Of a stretch of 64,000 bases of DNA, positions 24,373 through 35,479 are shown in pieces (within the stretch, counting starts at the first letter, position 1; each line of letters opens with the position of its first letter). Made by a program: the position numbers and the translations under genes. Source of the DNA: Elephas maximus (lineage: Eukaryota); the NCBI RefSeq assembly GCF_024166365.1, contig NC_064841.1:46375680-46439679 (forward strand), given 5' to 3'. The notes below the pieces were generated by a model. The model worked only from the letters and a program-made list of their open reading frames with translations, did not search any database and was not told where the DNA came from.

Positions 24373-26109
24373 CAGGTTTTTGTTTGTTTGTTATTGTTTT
24401 AAGCCCACAAAGTTTTGAGGTTGTTTGTTATACAGAAAAAGCTAACTGGGCTTCCCGTGCAGGGTGGATTAAACACATATGTTTACCTTCACTATTTAGC
24501 AAAACAGTAAATCTCCCTTCCAATAAAAAGGGTATAAACCCATAAGATAGAGCAGATGAGTGATGTCAACAAATTTTGCAAAGACAGAAAGTTGATGGAG
24601 GCATGTAAACTAATTAAGCAAGAGTGGCAGAAGCTACTACCTGAGGGTCTGTAGAGGAAATAGCCACAGGCAGTGGGCTAACTAGCCCTGCAATAACCTG
24701 GGGAGGCTCACAAATTGGAGGTACCAGGCACTGCAGAAAACAGAGGTCCTAGTTAATCCACTATGTACTAATGTGTCAGACCCCTAAGTCCCCTCCCCAC
24801 CCTAAGCAGCCAAGCAGCTAGTACCATTTGTCCTTGTTCTCTCACTAAAGAAAACTGGAGGCTTATTACATAGAGAAATTCAACTAACTATGATGTAAAG
24901 TCAAAAATGCTAGGGAGTAGAACGGAGGTTAGGGCAACAAATGAAGATTAGCGAGAGTTGGCACATTGAAACTTGGAACCCTTAGCTACCCTCCCCAGGC
25001 ATGCCGCATAAACATCTTTACAGAGGTTCTGGATAATCACAGAAGAATGGAAGCGTCATTATGATACTCACAACCAAAAAGCCAGCTTGCTGCCTGGTGA
25101 CTCTCTAGTGCAGGTCTTTGGTCAACCTGCCCCACCAACCCACAGAGCTTCTCACTTTTTTGTGTCTTAATCTTAAATATGGACATATAGAGGGTCACCA
25201 GACATTTAAGGAAAAACCTTGTCATAGAGGAAAACACCAGACTTATGTTCTGCTAGAGATAAAAACAAACTGTTTTACTAAAGAAGGAAAAAAAAAAACA
25301 TTTCAAGAAATGGGGAGACACAAGTATTCAGACAAGAGGCTGCAGCATGTGTTCCAAATTTTAGAGAGAGAAAAGTTTTCCTCTGGTGAAACAGAAAAAA
25401 GATCATGTTTGCAGGCATCGGGGGTGTGGGGGGGAGGAATGTGGTCACAGACAGACGTGTAGGAATTACACTGACAAAAAGTTACAGGGGTTTGTCAAAC
25501 TATAATCTTAAACATTTAATACCAGTTAACAGCCTGAGATTCTTACATCCCGAGATTTGTTAAAGCATTTTGTCAGAAGTAATTGAGACCATTTTCTGTC
25601 ACAGATGTATGCCTGCCCCTCCCCTTATCTTAAGGTAACAAGCTCGTGTCTTTACAAGTCTTTACCTTAGTTACAGATTTACAAAGAGTCAGCAGAAATG
25701 GAGTGGAAGACTTTAGTGAGTGAAAATGAAGTTTGATTAAGACTTGGTTAATTGATGTTTTCACAAAGTCATGAGACATTTACAGGTTCCATTTACTTAA
25801 CATTGCTAATTCCACTTATTAACCTCCTGTTGACCAAAGTCTTTTCTGAGGCAAGCTGTGTAAACATTCTTAACAGATAACCTCCTAACAAACAATTCTT
25901 CATCCAAGCCAGAAATCCTGGCTCTTGGCCTCTTTCTTTTACAAGCAGTTAACTGTGACAAAAAGGCTGAACTGTCTTTTCAGAACAGAGGCAAAGGCTT
26001 TTAGGCTAGGTTACAATTTTTACTCAAAATGCAGTTTAATTTAAACCTGGTCAGTCCATCCTAGTTATGTCAAGCACCCCGGTTTTTGGTCTGCATACAA
26101 TCTCTAATC

Positions 26110-28100
26110 TCTCTCTAATATGAAGTATGGAAACCAAAAGAAACAATCAGGGGAAAAAAAAGGGGGGAAAGAGACTCAAAGACAGGAGATACAATGCAGG
26201 GGACAGAAGAAAAAAAATATTATTAATACTGTCAAAGAGATAAAAGAGGGAAAGTATTGCATCCATGAAACCAACAGAACAGAACAGAAAATGGCTCTTA
26301 CAAATAAAAAATACGAGAATAAAATTAAAATCTCAATAGAACAGCTGGAATTTTAAAAAACTGACAAATCATTCAGAAAGTAGAACAAAAAGACAATAAA
26401 ATAGATAATAGGAGAAAAAATAGAAGATAAGAGGCTCAATCCAGGGGGCATCTAATTGAAAAGCATTCTAGAAATATAAAAGAAGGGGGAAAACTTAGTT
26501 TTAAAAATTACAATTTCCCACAACTAATGTCCATGGCAAAAGAACGGGTCAACATCCAACCATTTCAGGAGGTAGCATATGATCAAGAACTGACAGTACT
26601 GAAGGAAGAAGTACAAGCTGCACTGAAGGCACTGGTGAAAAACAAGGCTCCAGGAACAGATGAATACCAATGGAGATATTTCGACAAACGAATGCAACAC
26701 TGGAAATGCTCACTCGTCTACGCCAAGAAATTTCAAAAACAGCTACCTGACCAACTGACTGGAAGAGATTCATATTTGTGCCCATTCCAAAGAAAGGTGA
26801 TCCAACAGAATGCAGAAATAACCAAACAGTATCATTAATATCACACACAAGTAAAATTTAGCTAAAGATAATTCAAAAATGGTTGCAGCAGTACATCAAC
26901 AGAGAGCTGCCAGAAACTCAAACCGGATTCAGAAGAGGACATGGAACAAGGGATATCATTGCTGATGTCAGGTGGATCTTGGCTGAAAGCTAAGAATACC
27001 AGAAAGATGTTTACCTGTGTTTATTGACTATGCAAAGGCATTTGACTGTGTGGATCATAACAAATTATGGATAACATTGGGAAGAACAGGAATTCCAGAA
27101 CATTTAATTGTGTTCATCAGGAACCTGTACATAGACCAAGATGCAGTTGTTTAAACAGAACAAGGGGATACTGCATGGTTTAAAACCAGGAAAGGTATGC
27201 ATTAGGATGATACCTGTTCACCATACTTATTCCACCTGTATTCTGAGCAAATAATCTGAGAAGCTGGACCATATGAAGAAGAACCTGGCACCAGGATTAG
27301 AGGAAGACTCATTAAAAACCTGTGGTATGCAGATGACACAACCTTGCTTGCTGCAAGTCAAGAGGACTTGAAGCACCTAATGATGAAGATCAAAGGCCAC
27401 AGCCTTCAGTATGGATTGCACCTCAACATAAAGAAAACAAAAATTCTCACAACTGGACCAATAAGCAACATCATGATAAATGTTGAAAACAATTAAGTTG
27501 TCAAGGATTTCACTTTACCTGGATCCACAATCAACATCCATGGAAACAGTAGTCAAGAAATCAAACGACATATTGCATTGGGAAAATCTGCTGCAAACGA
27601 CCTAAAGTGTTAAAAAGCAAAAATGTCACCTCGAGGACTAAGGTGTGCCTGACCCAAGCCATGGCAATTTCAATCACCTCATAAGCATGTGAAAGCTGGA
27701 CAATGAATAAGAAAGGCTGAAGAAGACTGATGCCTTTGAGTTAGGGTGTTGGCAAAGAATATTGAGTATACCATAGGCTGCCAGAAAAATGAACAACTCT
27801 GTCTTGGAAGAAGTACAGCCAGAATGCTCCTCAGAAGTGACAATGGTGAGGCTTCGTCTCTTTCACATACTTTGGACAAGTTATTAGGAGGGACCAGTCC
27901 CTGGAGAAGAACATCATGCTTGGTAATGTATAAGATCAGTGAAAAAGAGGAAGACCCTCAGTGAGCTGAATTGACACAGTGGCTGCAACAATGGGCTCAG
28001 ACATAGAAACAACTGTTAGGATGGTGCAGGACTTGGCAAGTGTTTTGTTCTGTTGTACATAGGGTCGCTGAGTCAGAACCAACTCAAGGACAACAAAAAA
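26110..28100 (+). mobile_element. RTE/BovB-type LINE, 5'-truncated and degraded. It includes the reverse-transcriptase region and the canonical 3' tail.
   Basis: RTE reverse-transcriptase motifs are present (KAPGTDE..., ...CLTQAMAISITS...). The tail is ...gctgaattgacacagtggctgcaacaatgggctcagacatagaaacaactgttaggatggtgcaggacttggcaagtgttttgttctgttgtacatagggtcgctgagtcagaaccaactc. There are many frameshifts and stops. Confidence 0.8.
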
Positions 28101-28139
28101 AGGCCATGAGTCTTGAACAATAAATGAAGCTTACATAAT

Positions 28140-28900
28140 TATTAAATTTCAAAATACCAGGAATAAAGAGAAGATCTGAAATTCTGAAAGAATTAAAAAA
28201 AAAAAAACTGTATACAAATACTGTGGGATAAGAATATCATTGACCTTCTCAAAAGTAACACTGGAAGCTGGAAGACATTGCCTTCAATATTCTGAGAGAA
28301 AATAATTTTCAACCCAGAATTCTATACCCCACACGTGATCCAGTGCAGCATGTAGAAGAAAGATATCGTCCGACTTTACCACCCATGCATTCTTACTCAG
28401 GGAAGTTAATGGAGAATGTGCTCTGCAAAACTGAGGGACTAAAACAAGAAATAGGAAAAAGGCTTACAAAAAACAGTAAAGGGAGGCTACCAAACAATAA
28501 CCAGGCCAGGTGGAGCAGAAAGACGGAAGGGAGGGAGGTCTCCAGGGAAAAAATAAGTTGCTGAACTATTTGAAACACTTAACAGTGTGAAAGACAGTAT
28601 AAGAAGAGTCTTTACCAATGTATTAGCATATGAGAAGAAATATGGACAGATTTCTAGAAAACTAAGCAAACTAAAAAGGTCTTTTCCTTCAGGAATCACT
28701 ATAGGAAGATATAAAATATATGTAATCATAATACGGTTCTTGGCTCAATTGTAAGCAATATTCACATAGTCATAATAACTTAAACACTGACTACAGCTTT
28801 AAGGAAGATTGTGATAGCACTCATTTGGGATAAGGGGAGAGAAAAAGTGAGTAGTAAAGTAAGTGAAGGGGGAAGAAAACTAAAGTCTAATCCATTATGA
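28140..28900 (+). mobile_element. Old L1 fragment covering the ORF1 C-terminus and inter-ORF region.
   Basis: The translation reads ...FQPRILYP..., a remnant of the L1 ORF1-ORF2 junction. Confidence 0.55.
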
Positions 28901-29279
28901 ATAAGTAAACCTTAAAATTGGGGCTGCTTGGCGTTACTGAAATGGTTAATCCCAGACCTAAACTGAAATTCTATTTTAAATTAAGCTGCAACTAGGTTTG
29001 AAGCCTGCCTCTGCCTTCTATGAAAGACAAGTTTGCTTCCTGTGAAAGTCTTAACTGCTTGTGACACGAAGCATGTAGAGATCTGGGCCTTAGTTTAGGT
29101 AAATAATCTTGCTATCTTAACTGCTCTCAGGCAATTCATCTGGTGAATGCTTAGGCCCTAACTCCTTCCCTCCTAGCCAGATAGGCAATGTATACATTTC
29201 AAAAGGTTTCAAGTAGGACCTGATTTAATCTCCTTGCTAACCAAATGGTCAACTTTTACATTTTAAGGACTCCAACTAG

Positions 29280-29455
29280 CCTATGGGAAACCCAGGTGGC
29301 ATAATGGTTAAGTGCTACGGCTGCTAACTATAGGGTTGGGAGTTCAAATCCACCAGGTGCTCCTTGGAAACTCTATGGGGCAGTTCTACTCTGTCCTATA
29401 GGGTCGCTATGAGTGGGAATTGACGGCACTGGGTTTGGTTTGGTTTTAACTAGCC
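29280..29455 (+). mobile_element. AfroSINE-type SINE, full length.
   Basis: It begins gggaaacccaggtggcataatggttaagtgctacggctgctaactatagggttgggagttcaaatccaccaggtgctccttggaaactctatggggcagttctactctgtcctatagggtcgctatgagtgggaattgac... and has a GGTTT tail. Confidence 0.9.
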
Positions 29456-30313
29456 TATAATCAATCACTAAACCCCTACAATCAGGAATGTTTACACTGC
29501 TTGCTTTAGAAATATTGAATTAGTTAATTTGTGTCAGGAAAGAAGAAATTGATGTTAGGATAGAAAATGATGTTAGGAAAGTTTGTAGTTTGACAACCCC
29601 TTGTAAATTTCCCTTCCTTACCTGGTATTCCCCCTTGATGAGATCCCATTTTGCCTTTGTTTGCTCTGCCTGATAAACACCTCACTGCTCTCCCTGCAAA
29701 CCAGAACACAGGCTCCCTCTTGTTTGAGTGCCCATGTGATTCATTTCACAAAATGATCTTATTTGTCTTTTTCCTTCAATAAAATTCCTTGTTACAATTT
29801 CTAGCAGAGTGTCTGTCTAGTGTTTTCACTAGGACAATTATAATAAGAATTATGAAACAGATGACTCAAGAAACAGAAGTAAAAACTTTTTATTTAAAAC
29901 TATGGAGTAAACCAGAAGAAACAGCTATATTCTAAAGCAGGTCAGTCTCTGGGTGCTGATGGGGCCAGGCAGGGACTGAATGAGACTGCTACTTTTTCTT
30001 AAAAGTTGCTGTATTATTTGACTTTTTAAACTATGTGCATGCATTGCTGTGGTAAAGTAAAATTAATTTTTAAACAAGAGTTCTTAAGAAATAAAAAAAA
30101 AATTTACTAACCTTTTGTTTTAGTTTATGTGTATCACTAGAAATGAATTCGATCACGTATGGCATCTCAATGTACATACTCAAAGAGAAGCTATCAAAGA
30201 TGAAGAGAAAATTGTCTTAGTAGTTGCTTCAAATAATTTTAAATGAAATTTTAACAATGAAACTAATGTCCATTGAATGATAAACTGACAGGTTTCATAT
30301 TTTAGGTACAAAC

Positions 30314-30360
30314 CTTTGCTTTGTCCCTATTTCCTTTACGCAAATCTTCTCTACTGTATC
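30314..30360 (-). CDS. Candidate 47-nt micro-exon of the same gene. The frame ...YSREDLRKGNRDKAK is loosely similar to VWA5A ...EYLGEDK.
   Basis: Acceptor tatttctttttacag| and donor CAAAG|gtttgt. The exit phase is compatible with the next exon at 23346. No exon linking it to 31412 was found. Confidence 0.2.
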
Positions 30361-30959
30361 CTGTAAAAAGAAATACGTATATATATAAAATTACTTATTA
30401 GGTTTCATGATGAGACTCTAAACTGAATACAATCTAAGCAAGGCCACAGAGGCATTTGCTTATGGAATGACAGTAACTTCTAAAATACAAGAATATGGGG
30501 GATAAGTTACGGCCATTTTGATAAAGATTTTCAACTATGCATGTGTGTGTGCATATTTGTATGTATGCATACACACACACATATACACATACACATATGC
30601 ATACAATTTATATAAATAAATACATAGTAAGAAGTCTGGAAGGACATATACCAAAGCATTAACCAGTAGTTATCTCTGGATGATAGAATTAAGGATGGTT
30701 ATTACCTTCCTCTTCTGGCTAATCTGCATTGTCTATGCTTATCTACCTCTGCTACCTGTCAGTTTGTTGTACTGTGGTGGCTTATATGTGGCTATAAAGC
30801 TGGAGGCTATGCCATCAGTATTTCAAATACCAACAGGGTCATCCATGGTGGATAGGATTCAGCAGAGCTTCCAGACTAAGATAGAGTAAGAAGAAGGCCT
30901 GGCAATCTACTTCCAAAAATTAGGCAATGAAAACCCTATGGATCACAACAGAATGTTGT

Positions 30960-31140
30960 CTGCTATAGTGCTAGAAGATGAGTCCCCTAAGTTGGAAGGC
31001 TCTCAGGATACACCGTAGCCACAACAATGGACTTGGGCACACCAACAATCATGAAGATGGGGCAAGACAGGGCACTGTTTTGTTCTGTTGTACATGTGGT
31101 CGCCATGAGCCAGAGCTTACTCCATGGCAACTAATAAGAA
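30960..31140 (+). mobile_element. RTE 3' tail fragment.
   Basis: It reads ...ccacaacaatggacttgggcacaccaacaatcatgaagatggggcaagacagggcactgttttgttctgttgtacatgtggtcgccatgagccagagcttactccatggcaactaat. Confidence 0.75.
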
Positions 31141-31411
31141 TGCTTACCTAAATTCTTCATGATGAACATATAGTACAGATATAAATTTTTTTTTTTTTTA
31201 GGTAATTGAACAGAATAAAAATATTATGCCCATTAAGCGTATCCGTGTCTTTTATTCTTTTGACTTTACAAACAATATATGTATCTAAATGCTACAACAG
31301 CCAGTAAAATTGATTTTATGCTAAAAAAGATTAGATTATTTAGATTTTTTTTCTTCCCTTTACATAAATTCTGAGAAATGCTTCTTTAAATCTTATCTTA
31401 AGCACACTAAC

Positions 31412-31576
31412 CTGAATGTTTTCATTCAAAGCTTTGTCTTGTTGCCAGGGTGCCACAGTAGCAGGCATGCAGAAAACAGCAGCAGTACCTTGGACGCTGA
31501 GTTCAGTGATATAGGTAATTTTGATAAGAACCTTAGCCTTAGGAGGTAAGTTTCCAACACTTACAGTAAAAACTTC
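31412..31576 (-). CDS. VWA5-family gene, VIT-domain exon. It encodes EVFTVSVGNLPPKAKVLIKITYITELSVQGTAAVFCMPATVAPWQQDKALNENIQ (55 codons, phase 0 to 0).
   Basis: Acceptor tatttctttttcag|GAAGTT and donor ATTCAG|gttagt. It aligns to VWA5A DVFSCNVGNLQPGSKAAVTLKYVQELPLEADGALRFVLPAVLNPRYQ. Confidence 0.6.
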
Positions 31577-32252
31577 CTGAAAAAGAAATATACTACTTAG
31601 CTTTGCAGTTCAAAAGCACATCCATTCTATGTTACTTAACTCCTTGTATTATATGAGCTACTTGAGTTACAATCTGCCAAATTCTTCCTCAGGAAATGGT
31701 TATACAACATTGTTGGTGCTAAAGTGGAGCCCTGGAGCCATTCACCAGTGTGTAGGGGAGGGGTGACACCTACAGGAGACTGAGGGAGGAGGCCTCTCAG
31801 GCTGAACTCTGGCCTGACTGGGGAGTATGGCCCAGGGGCTCTTCCCACAGGAGGACCTGCCCTCTGCACTGCTCTGTCTGCACAGACAGCCTCTCTTTGC
31901 ACAGTTCCATCTCTTGAAGAATCTGTGGCCTTCATGACTCCCATGACCCAGCACCAGTTCCACCAGTGGATGCCAAGCAGAGCAGTTTTCACTAAGATTG
32001 ACCCTCACGTAATTCTGTTACATTGTAGTAAATTTATCATTTTACTTAAAACATATTTAGTTTTCTTTTAATGGGGTATTGATAATTACTGTATAAAGAT
32101 GCAACCTCATTATCACTTAAGGTAGAAAATAGAGAGGATAGATGTATTTTTTTTGTATTTTTTTCTGTTACATAGTCAGAGATCCCTAACATCTCCAACT
32201 ACATATGCCATTCTATTTGACCACACTATCATGAAAATTTAATATGTTCATA

Positions 32253-32440
32253 TTAGGAGCATATACCACTAAAGATTAATGCAGATTCAAGGAGCAAATT
32301 ATTACTTTTGACATCAAGGATATCCATTTGCAGAATGGGAATAAACAATAAAGAGGTAGTTAATGAACAATAAATAATGCTAGCCCTTAAAAGAAGCATA
32401 TGCATAAAAGCCTGGGGATTCATTTGAGAGACTGCCACTT
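32253..32440 (-). repeat. Unclassified interspersed repeat of about 170 bp, MIR-like. A second copy lies at 54011-54125 on the plus strand.
   Basis: The two copies give near-identical translations in the ORF track (...SLLFIPILQMDILDVKSNNLL... and ...SLFIPILQMDILNVKINNLPL...). The 54011 copy is fused to an AfroSINE-like tail. Confidence 0.5.
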
Positions 32441-33659
32441 AATAGCACAAGGTTAGAGTTCTGCTTCCACTTAGGATATAAACACACACAAGATTAAGAG
32501 CTGGATAATCTATGTAATAATTTTTCTTGAACCCATCAGATAGCTGAGGTTGCAATGCAACCAAAAGGACTGAATTCCAAATAGTGACAACACCCCCTGA
32601 GGAAAGATGGGAATCGTAAACTGTGTAAATTCCTAAAGGCTAAGAGTGGGCTAGGATATCAGTTTAGAATAATTGTGAGCCCCAGACACAAGGGAAATTT
32701 ACACCCACTCACAAGTTCTTTGTCAGTCTTCTACTGGGCCCATTAGAAAGACTCAGGGAAGGCAGGACACCAAAGAAAGCCCTGTTCAGTGGAGCAGGAG
32801 TGCAGGAGGTGATTGGCTGCTGCTGGGAGGCAGGCATAAAAAACCACTCACTTCCCTGGATCTTTCCCATGTGAAGCAAAAGCCTGAAACTGGGGAAAGG
32901 AACAGCAAACCCTCTCACCTTCAGGGCCAATACAGAATGGGTAGAAGCAAAACAGTGGTAGGAAACATTCCTTCCCACTCCCAGGAACCAGGCTGAGATA
33001 CACTGCTTTAGGGAAAATGACAGAAGCAAAAGATACTGTCTATGGATGAGGGGAAGGAAACCCTCCTGGGCCTAGGACCCTGCATCAATACAAAGCAGAA
33101 GTTGCGTACCACTGGAGGAAAGGCAGGAAACTGTTCTATGAACTACCCCCAAGACAATCAAGGTAATATTTGGCTGCTGCTAGGGAAGAGAGAAGTGGGG
33201 GAATGTGCAGAAATGCTGAGAAGGTCCCAGCCCCAAGGCCCAGGAACACAGGTCCTGTCTAAGACTGAGGTTGAACCAGCAGAACCAAGAATACCCCTTG
33301 CCCCACCATGAGCCTAGCACTGAGTAACAACCAATAGCAGTCCACCACTAGGGAAGGGGCATATATGTCATCTCTGTGGCACAGATGTGCAGGGTCTTTG
33401 GAAACCTGAGGATGGAGCACGAACCCTAAGAAAAATCTTTCATCATCCCAGAACCCACACTATGCACAAGGTAATGGCAGCCCACCGTTGGAGCAATGAG
33501 AATAAGTTCAACTATTTAACCCCTACACTAATAGCCTGACAGAATAGGAAAGCCTATTTCTGGGCATATATACCACTTACCTCTGTTTCTACTATTTCTC
33601 TACATACACTGTCTGGCATTTGATTATAAATTTCAAAATACACACACAAACACACACAA

Positions 33660-35060
33660 AGACCCACTGTCAAGAAATAAAACAACAGGACCAGAATTCA
33701 AAGATAACCATGAAGTTGGAACAATCAGAAAGGACTATGATAAATATATTTAAAAACCTACTGGAAAAGTGAACATCACGAATGAATAGAAAGGAAATTT
33801 CAGTGGAGAGATGGAAATTATAAAAAACAAATGTCAAAAATGCCAGAAATAAACACAGTATCACAGTTTACCAGCAGACTAGACGTAGCTGAGGAGTCAC
33901 TGAACTTGAAGACAGAGCAATAGAAATTATTTAAAACACATCCAGAAATAAAGTCAAAGAAGAGAGCTTCAAAAGCTGTGTGACATATCAAATAATCTAT
34001 GTATATTTGAAGTCCCAGAAAGAGAATGGGGAAGAAAAAATATCTGAAGAGAAATGGCCATGGAAACTTCAAAATTAACTAAAGATTATAAACCACAGAC
34101 CCAAGAAACTCAGAGAACTCCAAGTAAAGTAAATAATTTTTAAAAATCACATAAACACATCATAATTAAGACTACTGAAAGCCAAAGATAACAAAAAAGT
34201 CTTGAAGGCATTACACAGGGACAAAGACAAGAATTACAGTAGACTTCTGGTTAGATACTATGTAAGCCAGAAGGCAATGGGTTGACATATTTAAAGTGAT
34301 AAAAGAAAAAGGAAAGAAAAAGTTGTCATCAAGTTGATTTCAACTTATGGCAACCTATGTAGGTCAGAGTAGAACTGTGCTCCATAGGGTTTTCAATGGC
34401 TGATTTTGCAGAAGATCACCAACTTAAAGACAGATCACTAGAAATAATCTAAAATAAAACATGGTTATCTCTGAACCCTGGTCCTGTTAATCATTTTATC
34501 TCTTGACAGTGCGTCTTTTTTATTCCTGCTTTTTTGGCATTTTTTGGAATTTGTGATCTAATTCCAGGCAAAATGTATGTAGAAAATAGTATAGATGGAG
34601 ATAAATAGAGATTGTGGCTTTCTTCCAAAGTGCCTCTTGGTGGACTCCCACCTCCAACATTTCAGTTAGCAATCAAGTGTGTTAACCATTTGTACCACCC
34701 AGGGATTCCAGGAAAAAATATCTTTCAAAAAGGAAGGTGAAATATTTTGTCAGATAAAACCTGAGAGAGTTTCTTGCCAGCACACTTTCACTAAAAGAAA
34801 TGTTTAAAAAGTTCTTCAAGCAGAATGATGATAATACCAGATGGAAATGTGGGTCTAAACAAAGAAAGAACACTAGGAATAGTAAAAATGAGGGTAAATA
34901 TAAAAGACAGTTTTTTTCTTATTTTTAATTGCCTTAAAAGATAACTGAAAATCTAGAACAAAAATAACAATATATTGTGAGACTTGTAACATATGAGGAA
35001 GTAAAATATACAACAACAGCACAAAGGATGTCGGAGGAAGTAAATGAAGCATAAAACAAA
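33660..35060 (+). mobile_element. Old L1 fragment (ORF1 region) with an embedded AfroSINE fragment at about 34320-34420.
   Basis: It carries remnants of ORF1-type coding sequence (lysine- and glutamate-rich coiled-coil region and ...FPNL..-type motifs). Confidence 0.55.
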
Positions 35061-35225
35061 CCAAAACCAAACCCAGTGCCATCAAGTCAATTCCAACTCA
35101 TAGCGACCCTACAGGACAGAGTAGACCTGCCCCATAGAGTTTCTAAGGAGCACCTGGTGGATTCAAACTGCCGACCCTTTGGTTAGCAGCCGTAGCACTT
35201 AACCACTACGCCACCAGGGTTTCCA
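35060..35225 (-). mobile_element. AfroSINE-type SINE.
   Basis: It reads aaaaccaaacccagtgccatcaagtcaattccaactcatagcgaccctacaggacagagtagacctgccccatagagtttctaaggagcacctggtggattcaaactgccgaccctttggttagcagccgtagcacttaaccactacgccaccagggtttcc. Confidence 0.9.
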
Positions 35226-35479
35226 AATGAAAGGATAGGGCTATAAAATTCTTATACTATATTTAAAGTAGTATACTATTATTTAAAGGTAGACCGTGAT
35301 AAGTTAAAGATATGTATTGTAAATTCTAAAGCAGTGCTGACCAATGGACCTTCTGCAATGATAAAAATGTTTGCTACCCAGTAAGTTAGCCAATAGTCAC
35401 ATGTAAACATTTGCCTTTAATTAATTTAAATATTCACATGCGGCTAGTGTCTACCACATTGTAAAGGGCGCTTTAGACC

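Noticed and set aside
31447-31560. Plus-strand splice-like motifs (ttgtcttgttgccag|G... and ...ggag|gtaagtttcc) suggesting a plus-strand micro-exon.
   Set aside because: They overlap the well-supported minus-strand exon 31412-31576 of the VWA5-like gene. The plus-strand frames are closed or nearly closed, so the motifs are coincidental.
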